Made by a program: the position numbers and the translations under genes
Notes under the pieces: generated by a model
What the model was told of the DNA's origin: nothing
What the model saw: only the letters and a program-made list of their open reading frames with translations
Database searches by the model: none
In this document: piece after piece, positions 28,435 through 36,379 of the stretch
Position numbering within the stretch: position 1 is the stretch's first letter
Layout: each line of letters starts with the position of its first letter
NCBI GenBank assembly: GCA_004322015.1
Contig: SCQT01000032.1
Location: forward strand, 44,981 to 108,980
Length of the DNA: 64,000 nt
Reading direction: 5' to 3'
Origin: Chitinophagaceae bacterium
GTDB lineage: Bacteria > Bacteroidota > Bacteroidia > Chitinophagales > Chitinophagaceae

Positions 28435-28851
28435 TTACGCATGCGCCGACACCCACACTTCCCCGTCTTCAAACACTTCTTTTTTCCAGATGGGAACCGT
28501 TTGCTTTAAGGTATCAATGGCATAACGGCAGGCTTCAAAGGCCGCTTCACGATGAGGGGCAGAAACCACAATGACAACGGCTGTATCACCGGTTTTTAAA
28601 ATACCGGTACGATGATGAATGACGATGTTTTTCACGTCCCATTTTTGAAAAATGTCATCGGCTATTTTATGCATTTCTTTGATTGCCATAGGAATGTAAG
28701 ATTCATATTCCAAGCGAATCACTTTTCGGTTTTGTGTTTTGTTTCTAATTGTCCCGATAAAAACATTCATTCCACCGCAGGTCGGATCTGTGGCTTTTTC
28801 AATGCAGGAAGAAATGTCTAATGGTTCAGATGATAGTTGAACGTCGGTCAT
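28435..28851 (-). CDS. moaE: Molybdopterin synthase catalytic subunit
   Basis: 138 aa. The pattern ...GTIRN...LEYESY...AVVIVVSAPHR...PIWKKE is typical of MoaE. Confidence 0.85.
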   Translation of the reverse strand: MTDVQLSSEPLDISSCIEKATDPTCGGMNVFIGTIRNKTQNRKVIRLEYESYIPMAIKEMHKIADDIFQKWDVKNIVIHHRTGILKTGDTAVVIVVSAPHREAAFEACRYAIDTLKQTVPIWKKEVFEDGEVWVSAHA

Positions 28852-28864
28852 TTTGTGCTGACAA

Positions 28865-29062
28865 TTATTTTTCTCTTTTAAAGACGAATACAGTAGAATA
28901 TTCTGCTGCCACAGAGGTTCTTGGAAGCTGTGCGACCAATTCCCAACCTTCGTCCCCCAATTGATTCAACTTTTTTTCTAATTCTTCCGGATTATATCCG
29001 GGAATTTTCATACGGCCCTTTTCAAGCTGAAACTGCAAAATCTTATATTCAAATTTTTTCAT
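28865..29062 (-). CDS. DUF4177 domain protein
   Basis: 65 aa. The pattern MKKFEYKIL...LNQLGDEGWELV...VFKRE matches DUF4177. Confidence 0.55.
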   Translation of the reverse strand: MKKFEYKILQFQLEKGRMKIPGYNPEELEKKLNQLGDEGWELVAQLPRTSVAAEYSTVFVFKREK

Positions 29063-29106
29063 CAGAATTTTTAACCTTACACATCAAACTTTACACTCAA
29101 AACCGT

Positions 29107-29349
29107 TTACCCCCCACTTACCGGCGGAATGATGGCTATTTCATCCCCCGGATAAATAATATCTCCATCCGATGCATAATTATTGTTCACCGCAATCATA
29201 TAAGAAGCTAATTTTTGCATTTCAGGATACAGCGAATTCAGTTCTTTCTTTAAAATATCCACAGTCGGATTTTTCGGTAACTCTATGTCGAGAGCGCTCC
29301 CATGGAAAAAATCTTTTACAATCCCAAATGCTAACAGCCTGATCATCAT
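29107..29349 (-). CDS. moaD: MoaD/ThiS family sulfur carrier
   Basis: 80 aa ending in ...PPVSGG. It sits in the moa gene context. Confidence 0.75.
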   Translation of the reverse strand: MMIRLLAFGIVKDFFHGSALDIELPKNPTVDILKKELNSLYPEMQKLASYMIAVNNNYASDGDIIYPGDEIAIIPPVSGG

Positions 29350-29469
29350 TGTATTAAAAAATCACTAAATGAAGAATGCTTCCGGACAATTTGATGGTAA
29401 AGGTAGCCCTTTAATTATCTGACAAAAAGAGAATAATAAGTATAATTATATCCTTTTATCTTTTTATTA

Positions 29470-29477
29470 TATCTTTG
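29470..29477 (+). promoter_or_regulatory. Bacteroidota -7 box (TAtcTTTG)
   Basis: Exact TAnnTTTG match 34 nt upstream of the ATG at 29511. Confidence 0.4.
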
Positions 29478-29510
29478 CCGGATCATTTTATCACCTTAAA
29501 ACAAATCATC

Positions 29511-29747
29511 ATGTCTGAAGTACCCGTATTGGATGTAACCGTAATTGAACCATGGTACAAGCACTCTACTATCTATGAGCATTTCGATGCCTTAAAGGAA
29601 GGAGAAGCCTTCATTATTCACAACGATCATGATCCTAAGCCATTGTATTATGCATTGATCAATGACAGAGGGAATATTTTTACCTGGGATTATTTGAAGA
29701 GCGGCCCCGAGATATGGGAGATTAAGATCGGCAAGAAGATATCCTGA
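29511..29747 (+). CDS. DUF2249 domain protein
   Basis: 78 aa. The pattern LDV...HSTIYEHFDALKEGEAFIIHNDHDPKPLYY matches the DUF2249 signature. The ATG at 29511 is preferred over the TTG at 29475. Confidence 0.6.
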   Translation: MSEVPVLDVTVIEPWYKHSTIYEHFDALKEGEAFIIHNDHDPKPLYYALINDRGNIFTWDYLKSGPEIWEIKIGKKIS

Positions 29748-29751
29748 TCCT

Positions 29752-30198
29752 ATGTTTTCCAAATCATGTGAATATTCTATTCGTGCGGTATTATATATTT
29801 ATAAGAATACGCAGGATGGGAACAAGATAAGTATAGAGAAGGTTGCCGGGGCAATTGGTACTCCGAGGCATTTTACCGGAAAGTTGCTTCAGGTTTTGGC
29901 AAAGCAAAAGATTATTTCTTCGGTAAAAGGTCCCAACGGAGGTTTTTATATCGCACCCAATGCCCCCGAAATACGGCTCAGCAGAGTAGTTGAAGCCATT
30001 GACGGGCCCGAGATATTTAAGGCATGCGCCTTGGGATTAAAAGAATGTTCGGAAGACCATCCCTGCCCTCTGCATCAGCAATATAAGGGAATCAGAGAAC
30101 AAATAAAAAACATGATGGAAGATCAAACTGTGCAGCAATTAGGGAAAAAGCTGGGAGAGGAAAAAGTTTTCGTAAAAAATGAAAATTATCCGGAATGA
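29752..30198 (+). CDS. Rrf2-family transcriptional regulator (NsrR/IscR-like, three C-terminal Cys)
   Basis: MFSKSCEYSIRAVLYI... winged HTH. The Cys cluster C..x..C.....C (CALGLKECSEDHPC) is in the position of the Fe-S ligands. Confidence 0.85.
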   Translation: MFSKSCEYSIRAVLYIYKNTQDGNKISIEKVAGAIGTPRHFTGKLLQVLAKQKIISSVKGPNGGFYIAPNAPEIRLSRVVEAIDGPEIFKACALGLKECSEDHPCPLHQQYKGIREQIKNMMEDQTVQQLGKKLGEEKVFVKNENYPE

Positions 30199-30275
30199 AA
30201 GTCTTTTTCAGAATCACCCCGGCAAAAGACCAACGCTCAGTTGCTTAACCGCGGTCAAATACTCCGTATTGTTCG

Positions 30276-30283
30276 TACCTTTG
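30276..30283 (+). promoter_or_regulatory. Bacteroidota -7 box (TAccTTTG)
   Basis: Exact TAnnTTTG match 59 nt upstream of the ATG at 30342. Confidence 0.35.
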
Positions 30284-30341
30284 CACACTATACTTTTTTG
30301 AACAGGATCAGAAAACAGCAGGATTCAAAAGTTCATTCATC

Positions 30342-30731
30342 ATGAAGGATATAGAAACACTGGAAGATATCAAATATTTAGTGGATGGGTTTTATGGCCG
30401 GGTGCGCAAGGATGAATTAATAGGTCCCATCTTTGATGAAAAAATAGGCAATCATTGGGACAGGCATTTAGATATCATGTACCGTTTCTGGCAAACAGTG
30501 CTTTTAGAGGAAGATAAGACCTATTTCGGGAATCCTTTCATGAAGCATGCTGCGCTGCCTGTTTTTGGAGAGCATTTTCAAAGGTGGCTTCAGTTGTGGA
30601 AGGAAACCCTCAAAAAAGATTTTAATGGACCGGTGGCAGATGAGGCATATACCCGTGCTGAAAGAATGGCGAAAGTTTTTCAGATCAAGTTAAAGGCCAT
30701 AAGACAGGAAGGGGGCAGTCCGGTGTTTTGA
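30342..30731 (+). CDS. Group III truncated hemoglobin
   Basis: 129 aa. The pattern LVDGFYGRVRKDELIGPIF...W..HL..MY.FW is typical of the group III 2/2 globin family. Confidence 0.7.
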   Translation: MKDIETLEDIKYLVDGFYGRVRKDELIGPIFDEKIGNHWDRHLDIMYRFWQTVLLEEDKTYFGNPFMKHAALPVFGEHFQRWLQLWKETLKKDFNGPVADEAYTRAERMAKVFQIKLKAIRQEGGSPVF

Positions 30732-30797
30732 AGGGGGATCGTGAATCAATGTCGTTTAGATAACGAATTTTCTATTTCAGTTTGATTTAAGAACACC

Positions 30798-30882
30798 GAT
30801 TAACGATCCGAAGGTTCGGATTAAGATTTTCGATCCGGTGAGCACTTCTGAATCCGATCTTTCGGATCAAAAATCGTTAATC
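30798..30882. repeat. Long imperfect palindrome with nested small hairpins
   Basis: Outer arms GATTAACGAT (30798-30807) and ATCGTTAATC (30873-30882). Inner hairpins ATCCGA/TCGGAT lie at 30806-30821 and 30852-30867. Confidence 0.75.
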
Positions 30883-31004
30883 TTAAATCTTAAATTCCTT
30901 AATTAAATGACGTTGAATCTTGAATGGATAAGACATACAGTGGATCCTGAATAGAGTTTTAATATTCAATCCACAATTCTCAATTCGCACTTCCCGGCAA
31001 TGAC

Positions 31005-31052
31005 GCAACATAACTATAAAGCAATATAACCATAAAGCAATAACTTTACAAT
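31005..31052. repeat. Degenerate 16-nt (2 x 8) tandem array, complement orientation of the ATGGTT/ATTGCT octamer family
   Basis: GCAACATAACTATAAA / GCAATATAACCATAAA / GCAATAACTTTACAAT, with GCAA at 31005, 31021 and 31037. Confidence 0.65.
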
Positions 31053-31084
31053 CTTAAAACTTCACAACTTTTATCTTTTATATC

Positions 31085-31522
31085 ATGCATTCGTATATTG
31101 TAGTGATGATTATTGTCTGCTTCCTGTGGGCAGGGTTTATGGGCGCAATCAGCTTTATGGAGTCCTGGTTAAAATTCAGGGCGGAAGGAGTACAGGTGGC
31201 TACCGGATTAAGTATCGGAAGGTTAATCTTCAGGACATTAAACCGGATAGAATGGGTTTATCTGATTATCTTGTGGGGGGGGTATATTTTAGCAAAGCCC
31301 TCACCTTTACCAAAAGATGCTTTAGCATATTTCATTCTTTCCCTGATCATGCTGATCCAAACTATCTTTTTGCTTCCTGCCATGGATAAACGTGCCGTTG
31401 CAAAGATTAAAGGGCAGAAATTAGGCTCATCCACTCTTCATATCTGGTATCCGGGATTAGAATTATTGAAATTTATTATACTTATCTATGCCGGTATTTC
31501 CCTGTTAGCCATAGTTAAATAA
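31085..31522 (+). CDS. Hypothetical integral membrane protein (about 4 TM)
   Basis: Four hydrophobic segments. No family was recognised. Confidence 0.45.
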   Translation: MHSYIVVMIIVCFLWAGFMGAISFMESWLKFRAEGVQVATGLSIGRLIFRTLNRIEWVYLIILWGGYILAKPSPLPKDALAYFILSLIMLIQTIFLLPAMDKRAVAKIKGQKLGSSTLHIWYPGLELLKFIILIYAGISLLAIVK

Positions 31523-31541
31523 AATCTTCTATCTTTATCTC

Positions 31542-32093
31542 ATGACAGATAAAGAAAAAAGTCCCTGGGTCATTTTAGAACAGGAAGTAAAGTATGATAA
31601 CTCCTGGATCACAGTAGTTGAATATGATGTGCTGAATCCTAAAGGAGGGAAGGGTATATACGGCAAAGTGCATTTCAAAAATCTGGCTATCGGCATTGTG
31701 GCTTTGGACAGTGAGAATAATATTTATTTAGTTGGACAATTTCGCTTTCCCTTGGATCAATATAGCTGGGAAATTCCGGAGGGAGGCGGCCCGCTGGGTA
31801 TTGATCCTTTAGAATCGGCCAGGCGTGAGCTTTTGGAAGAGACGGGCTTAAAAGCGGAAAAGTGGGAAAAACTTTTAGAAATGCATTTATCTAATTCTGT
31901 GTCTGACGAATTCGGGATTATTTATCTGGCTACCCAATTAAGCCAGCATCAGGCAATGCCGGAGGATACAGAAGACCTGATGATCAGGAAGCTTTCTTTT
32001 GCCAATGCCTATGAGATGCTTTGTCGCGGAGAAATAACGGATTCCCTAACCGTGGCAGCTCTGCTGAGAATGAAATTAATGCTGACAGAATAA
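31542..32093 (+). CDS. NUDIX hydrolase (ADP-ribose pyrophosphatase-like)
   Basis: Nudix box ...EGGGPLGIDPLESARRELLEETGL. Confidence 0.8.
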   Translation: MTDKEKSPWVILEQEVKYDNSWITVVEYDVLNPKGGKGIYGKVHFKNLAIGIVALDSENNIYLVGQFRFPLDQYSWEIPEGGGPLGIDPLESARRELLEETGLKAEKWEKLLEMHLSNSVSDEFGIIYLATQLSQHQAMPEDTEDLMIRKLSFANAYEMLCRGEITDSLTVAALLRMKLMLTE

Positions 32094-32172
32094 TTTGGTT
32101 CGCAGAAATATTCAAAATAAAAACCATGCCCAATGGTTTCCCTGATCTTTTTTGTGTAGTTTAGCCCTTGAA

Positions 32173-32940
32173 ATGAAAAGGGATAGTATAATCTTAGTCT
32201 TTTTTACCGGCATTTTCTTGTTGTCATTACCCGCTTTGTCATTTGGTCAGATATTGCGTATCGCCGTAGCTGCTGATGCCCAGTTTGTCGCTGCCGCGCT
32301 GAAGAAATCTTTTGAGAAAACAGATCGGGTACCCATTGAGATTATAGTTGGCTCTTCCGGAAAATTAACCGCGCAGATCGAGCAAGGCGCTCCTTACGAT
32401 ATCTTTATGTCTGCCGACATGAAGTACCCTGATGCGTTGTATAAAGAGGGTAACACCATGGGCAGTCCGAGGATATATGCTTTTGGAAAACTCGTGTTGT
32501 GGACGATAAAAAGAAATAATTTAAATAGCGGTATTCAAATATTAAATCAACCCTTTATAAAAACGATTGCTATTGCGAACCCTGTTACTGCGCCTTATGG
32601 GAGGGCGGCCACGGAAGCCTTAAAAAAAAGAGGGATATTTAATTCAGTGGAAAATAAATTTGTATATGGGGAAAGTATTGCCCAGGTCAATCAGTATTTA
32701 TTAAGCGGCGCGGCAGATATTGCCTTTACCGGGAAATCGGTTGTGGAAAGCCCTGCATTAAAAAATAAGGGAAAATGGATAGAAGTTCCCGAAGATCTGT
32801 ATCAGCCCATTGCACAGGGAGTGGTGATATTAAAACATGCCAGAAGTGACGGCCTTCAAGCAGCAAGCGCATTTTATCATTTCCTTTTCAGCAATGAAGG
32901 GAGAGCTATTTTTAAATCTTTCGGATATAGAATCAAATGA
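32173..32940 (+). CDS. modA: Molybdate ABC transporter substrate-binding protein
   Basis: Signal peptide from the ATG at 32173. GSSGKL and APYDIFMSAD motifs, followed by modB and modC. Confidence 0.8.
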   Translation: MKRDSIILVFFTGIFLLSLPALSFGQILRIAVAADAQFVAAALKKSFEKTDRVPIEIIVGSSGKLTAQIEQGAPYDIFMSADMKYPDALYKEGNTMGSPRIYAFGKLVLWTIKRNNLNSGIQILNQPFIKTIAIANPVTAPYGRAATEALKKRGIFNSVENKFVYGESIAQVNQYLLSGAADIAFTGKSVVESPALKNKGKWIEVPEDLYQPIAQGVVILKHARSDGLQAASAFYHFLFSNEGRAIFKSFGYRIK

Positions 32941-33344
32941 ATAAAATAGAAGGTAAAATCTCGGCCATAGAAAGTGATGAGGGCATTTCCCTGATAACGA
33001 TTCAGGCTTTGGGAATCCCTATTTCCTCCATGATGGTGGAAGCCACACATACTTCCTTTTCTTTAAAACCGGAAGATCCGGTGATTGTTGCCTTTAAGGA
33101 GACTGCTATGTCTATCGGGAAAAGTATATCCGGTGGATTCAGTATCCGGAACTGTTTTGACGGAGAAATAATAAAAATAGAAAAGAGCAAACTACTGACA
33201 AAAATTATTCTTGACTTTAATCAAACTTCTATAGTTTCCGTCATTACCACCGGATCTGCGGACAGGTTGCAGTTAAAGGTAGGTGATCAGGTAACCGGCC
33301 TGGTGAAAGCGACCGATATTATTCTAATTAAAACTCCGGGTTAA
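32937..33344 (+). CDS. TOBE-domain molybdate-binding protein (Mop/ModG-like, two TOBE repeats)
   Basis: Two repeats, one with the S-I-R-N motif. Its start overlaps the modA stop by 4 nt. Confidence 0.65.
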   Translation: MNKIEGKISAIESDEGISLITIQALGIPISSMMVEATHTSFSLKPEDPVIVAFKETAMSIGKSISGGFSIRNCFDGEIIKIEKSKLLTKIILDFNQTSIVSVITTGSADRLQLKVGDQVTGLVKATDIILIKTPG

Positions 33345-34025
33345 ATGATTTTCGATTATCAACCACTTTGGCTCAGCCTGCAGTTGGCGATCATTACAAC
33401 CATATTCCTACTGATTATAGGAATTCCACTTTCTTCCTTATTGGCATTTCGTTCATTTCGTTTTAAATCAGTGGCAGAAGCTGTTATCAGCCTGCCATTG
33501 GTATTGCCGCCTACGGTATTGGGATTTTACCTGCTGATCGCTTTCAGTCCGAATAACTTCGTGGGGGAGTTTCTGCAAAATCATTTCGATATCAGATTGG
33601 TCTTTTCCTTCCCCGGACTGGTGGCAGGTTCTGTGATATACAGTCTTCCATTTATGATTCATCCGTTACAGGCCGGACTCCAGGGAGTACCAAAGGAGTA
33701 TAAAGAGGCCTCTTATACCTTAGGGAAAGGAAGGGTGAAAACACTTTTCAAAGTAATACTTCCCAATATCAAGCCCTCAATACTGACGGGAATCGTATTG
33801 ACTTTTGCCCATACTATCGGAGAATTTGGGGTGGTGTTAATGATTGGAGGCAATATACCGGGGAAAACGAAAGTAGCTTCTATTGCTGTGTACGATGAGG
33901 TAGAATCCCTGAACTATCATGCGGCACATATTTATTCAATTATCTTACTTTTGGTGTCATTCTTTATCTTATTACTGGCATATAGCTGGAATAAAAGATT
34001 TTTTAAAGCAGGTTTACCCTCATGA
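33345..34025 (+). CDS. modB: Molybdate ABC transporter permease
   Basis: EAA-like loop (EASYTLGKGRVKTLFKVILP). The N-terminus and TM pattern are typical of ModB. Confidence 0.85.
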   Translation: MIFDYQPLWLSLQLAIITTIFLLIIGIPLSSLLAFRSFRFKSVAEAVISLPLVLPPTVLGFYLLIAFSPNNFVGEFLQNHFDIRLVFSFPGLVAGSVIYSLPFMIHPLQAGLQGVPKEYKEASYTLGKGRVKTLFKVILPNIKPSILTGIVLTFAHTIGEFGVVLMIGGNIPGKTKVASIAVYDEVESLNYHAAHIYSIILLLVSFFILLLAYSWNKRFFKAGLPS

Positions 34026-34897
34026 TTGACATTTCTATCCGGAAAAGATTGCACATTGCTGAAGGCATAGATGTCCTTTCGGTAGATGCTCATATACGGG
34101 AAAAAGAGTTTGTAGTCGTTTCGGGGAAATCAGGAGCAGGGAAAACAAGTTTGCTTCGAATAATAGCCGGATTAATGAAGCCGGAAAAAGGTACTATTAC
34201 AGTGAACCGTGAAGTTTGGTTAGACACAGAAAATAAAATCAATCTCCCCGTGCAAAAGCGTGAGATAGGTTTTGTGTTTCAGGAAGGAGCGCTTTTTCCC
34301 AATATGACTGTGTTGGAAAATCTGGAATATGCCGCCGGCAAACAGCATGATCACAGCTTTTTGATCCGTTTGCTTCAGATGGCAGGGATGGATTCATTTG
34401 CAAGTCGCAGACCCGAAACTTTATCAGGTGGGCAACGGCAAAGGGTTTCCATTATCAGGGCGCTGGCGAGAAAGCCAGCCTTATTATTATTGGACGAACC
34501 TTTCGCGGCCATTGATGCAGAAATGCGTAACCATCTGAGACTTGAACTGCAACAGTTCCATCAGGAATGTGAATTGACTACTATTTTAGTTACACATGAC
34601 ATGGGCGATATATTCAGTCTGGCCCAAAGGGTCATGGTGATTGATAAAGGAAAGATTTCAAGAGAAGGCAGTCCCGAAGAAATCTTCGGAGATATCAAAA
34701 CGGACCGAAGGGTCCCGTTACGGGGCGAAGTGCTAAAGATACAGAGAACAGGCGTCGTTTATATTGCTGAAATCCTGACAGGACAACATATTTTAAAGTT
34801 AGTGGTAGGAGAAGATGAACAAGCTGCTATGCCGCCGGGATCAGAGGTATTGATTTGCCCAGGGGCTTTCGATCCGGTCATTACGGTGTTGACATAA
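34022..34897 (+). CDS. modC: ABC transporter ATP-binding protein (molybdate import)
   Basis: Walker A GKSGAGKTS, signature LSGGQRQR and Walker B LLLLDEP. The C-terminal extension is TOBE-like. Confidence 0.8.
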   Translation: MIDISIRKRLHIAEGIDVLSVDAHIREKEFVVVSGKSGAGKTSLLRIIAGLMKPEKGTITVNREVWLDTENKINLPVQKREIGFVFQEGALFPNMTVLENLEYAAGKQHDHSFLIRLLQMAGMDSFASRRPETLSGGQRQRVSIIRALARKPALLLLDEPFAAIDAEMRNHLRLELQQFHQECELTTILVTHDMGDIFSLAQRVMVIDKGKISREGSPEEIFGDIKTDRRVPLRGEVLKIQRTGVVYIAEILTGQHILKLVVGEDEQAAMPPGSEVLICPGAFDPVITVLT

Positions 34898-34916
34898 GTG
34901 CATGCTGTTTCTTCTT

Positions 34917-35339
34917 TCACATGATCAGGCTGTCTATTTCGAGCCATTTTTCCTGAATTAACCCTAATGAGAATGCGCCGGCGGAAGCTGTGAAGACAGA
35001 TGCATCGAATGCAGTCTTTATTCCTGTGGTAAATGTCATGGATAAAGCAAAGATTAACAACAATAAACCGCTGAGCCTGGCAAATAAGGATGTTTTGAAA
35101 CCAATCAATAAACAAAGGGCAAAAAGTATTTCCGCGACAGTTGAAAGAAGCGATAAAACAGGGATAAGCAATTGAGGTGCCCAGGGATTTAATACGGAAA
35201 CATATTTTTCAAAATTATTCCAGTTACCCCATGCCAGGCGGTAGTGCCATAGGCCGAATCTGTCACCTACTGCGGACAAAAATCCTGCAGCAATAGCAAA
35301 GCGGAGAAATAATTTAATGATTACCTGTTCCTTATTCAT
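34917..35339 (-). CDS. DoxX-family membrane protein
   Basis: Four hydrophobic segments. The pattern RFAIAAGFLSAVGDRFG is DoxX-like. The ATG at 35339 is preferred. Confidence 0.55.
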   Translation of the reverse strand: MNKEQVIIKLFLRFAIAAGFLSAVGDRFGLWHYRLAWGNWNNFEKYVSVLNPWAPQLLIPVLSLLSTVAEILFALCLLIGFKTSLFARLSGLLLLIFALSMTFTTGIKTAFDASVFTASAGAFSLGLIQEKWLEIDSLIM

Positions 35340-35426
35340 GTCTCGTGAATTTTGATCAAAGTTACAGTTTAACAATAAAGGATCGAATTAGTGACTCTAC
35401 GATCTCTCTCTTTTCTTCAAACTCTT

Positions 35427-35434
35427 TATCTTTG
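35427..35434 (+). promoter_or_regulatory. Bacteroidota -7 box (TAtcTTTG)
   Basis: Exact TAnnTTTG match 14 nt upstream of the TTG start at 35448. Confidence 0.35.
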
Positions 35435-35447
35435 AGCCAAAACTACT

Positions 35448-36257
35448 TTGAAATCAGGAAAAACACCACACGGTAACAGATTTGACCGCCCCTTCCATAA
35501 AGGGCGCGGAGAGGCTAAAAGATCAAGACAATCCTTCATTATAGGAAGACAGCCCGTCATTGAAGCATTAAAATCAGGTAAGCCTGTCGAAAGGGTTTTT
35601 ATCCAAAGAAATGCAGGCGGTGATATTATCCACACTATTCGGGAATTAGCCCTTGCACATCGTGTTCCGGTAAATGCTGTTCCTGAAGAAAAGTTAAATC
35701 AGCTGAGCCGTGCCAATCATCAGGGCTGTATTGCTATCGCTTCCATAGTTACTTATCATGACTTACAGGATGTCATTTCATTTATTGTGGAAAAAGGGGA
35801 AATTCCCTTGTTCCTCCTGTTGGATGGCATTACGGATGTAAGAAATATAGGCGCTATTGCGCGAAGTGCAGTCTGTTGCGGGGCCCAGGCTATAGTGCTT
35901 CCTGAAAAAGGTGTGGCTCCCTTGAATGAAGAAGCCATGAAAACTTCTGCGGGTGCCCTGGAGCATATTTTTATTTGCAGGGAAGAGAACTTGTCTAAGG
36001 CAGTTGAAATTTTACATTTAAACGGGTTACATGTGTTGGCAAGTGATGGGAGAGGGGGAAAACTATTACATGAATGTGATTTTAACAGACCGGTAGCCGT
36101 CATCCTGGGCGCCGAAGATAAAGGCGTTCATCCGGACCTCTTAAAAAAGGCTGATACTGTATTTCGCATTCCAATGGCAGGGAAGTTCGATTCTTTTAAT
36201 GTGTCCGTCGCGGCAGGCATTTCGCTTTATGAAGCTATGAAACAGAGGATGAACTAA
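35448..36257 (+). CDS. rlmB: 23S rRNA (guanosine-2'-O)-methyltransferase RlmB
   Basis: Basic N-terminal tail, then the GRQPVIEAL substrate-binding domain and SpoU motifs (DGITDVRNIGAIARSA, ILGAEDKGV, SFNVSVAAGI). The start codon is uncertain (TTG). Confidence 0.8.
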   Translation: MKSGKTPHGNRFDRPFHKGRGEAKRSRQSFIIGRQPVIEALKSGKPVERVFIQRNAGGDIIHTIRELALAHRVPVNAVPEEKLNQLSRANHQGCIAIASIVTYHDLQDVISFIVEKGEIPLFLLLDGITDVRNIGAIARSAVCCGAQAIVLPEKGVAPLNEEAMKTSAGALEHIFICREENLSKAVEILHLNGLHVLASDGRGGKLLHECDFNRPVAVILGAEDKGVHPDLLKKADTVFRIPMAGKFDSFNVSVAAGISLYEAMKQRMN

Positions 36258-36312
36258 TGGTTTGATTGCTGAACGGTTTTATGGTTTATTGCTGTGTTGC
36301 TTCATTGCTAAC
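36255..36312. repeat. 8-nt-phased degenerate array (ATGGTTNN / ATTGCTNN) beginning at the rlmB stop codon
   Basis: ATGGTTTG ATTGCTGA ACGGTTTT ATGGTTT ATTGCTGT GTTGCTTC ATTGCTAA. Unit starts are at 36257, 36265, 36273, 36281, 36288, 36296 and 36304. Confidence 0.7.
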
Positions 36313-36379
36313 CTGATCAGTGATTTACGATTGTACGTTTTTCCTACCTTCGCTCTCGTTTAAAAAAATAAATTGATTT

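Noticed and set aside
29350-29470. A Moco riboswitch upstream of moaD, or of modA at 32094-32172.
   Set aside because: The spacers are short, AT-rich and occupied by promoter elements. I could not find the conserved Moco-motif helices by eye. A covariance-model scan would be needed to exclude it formally.
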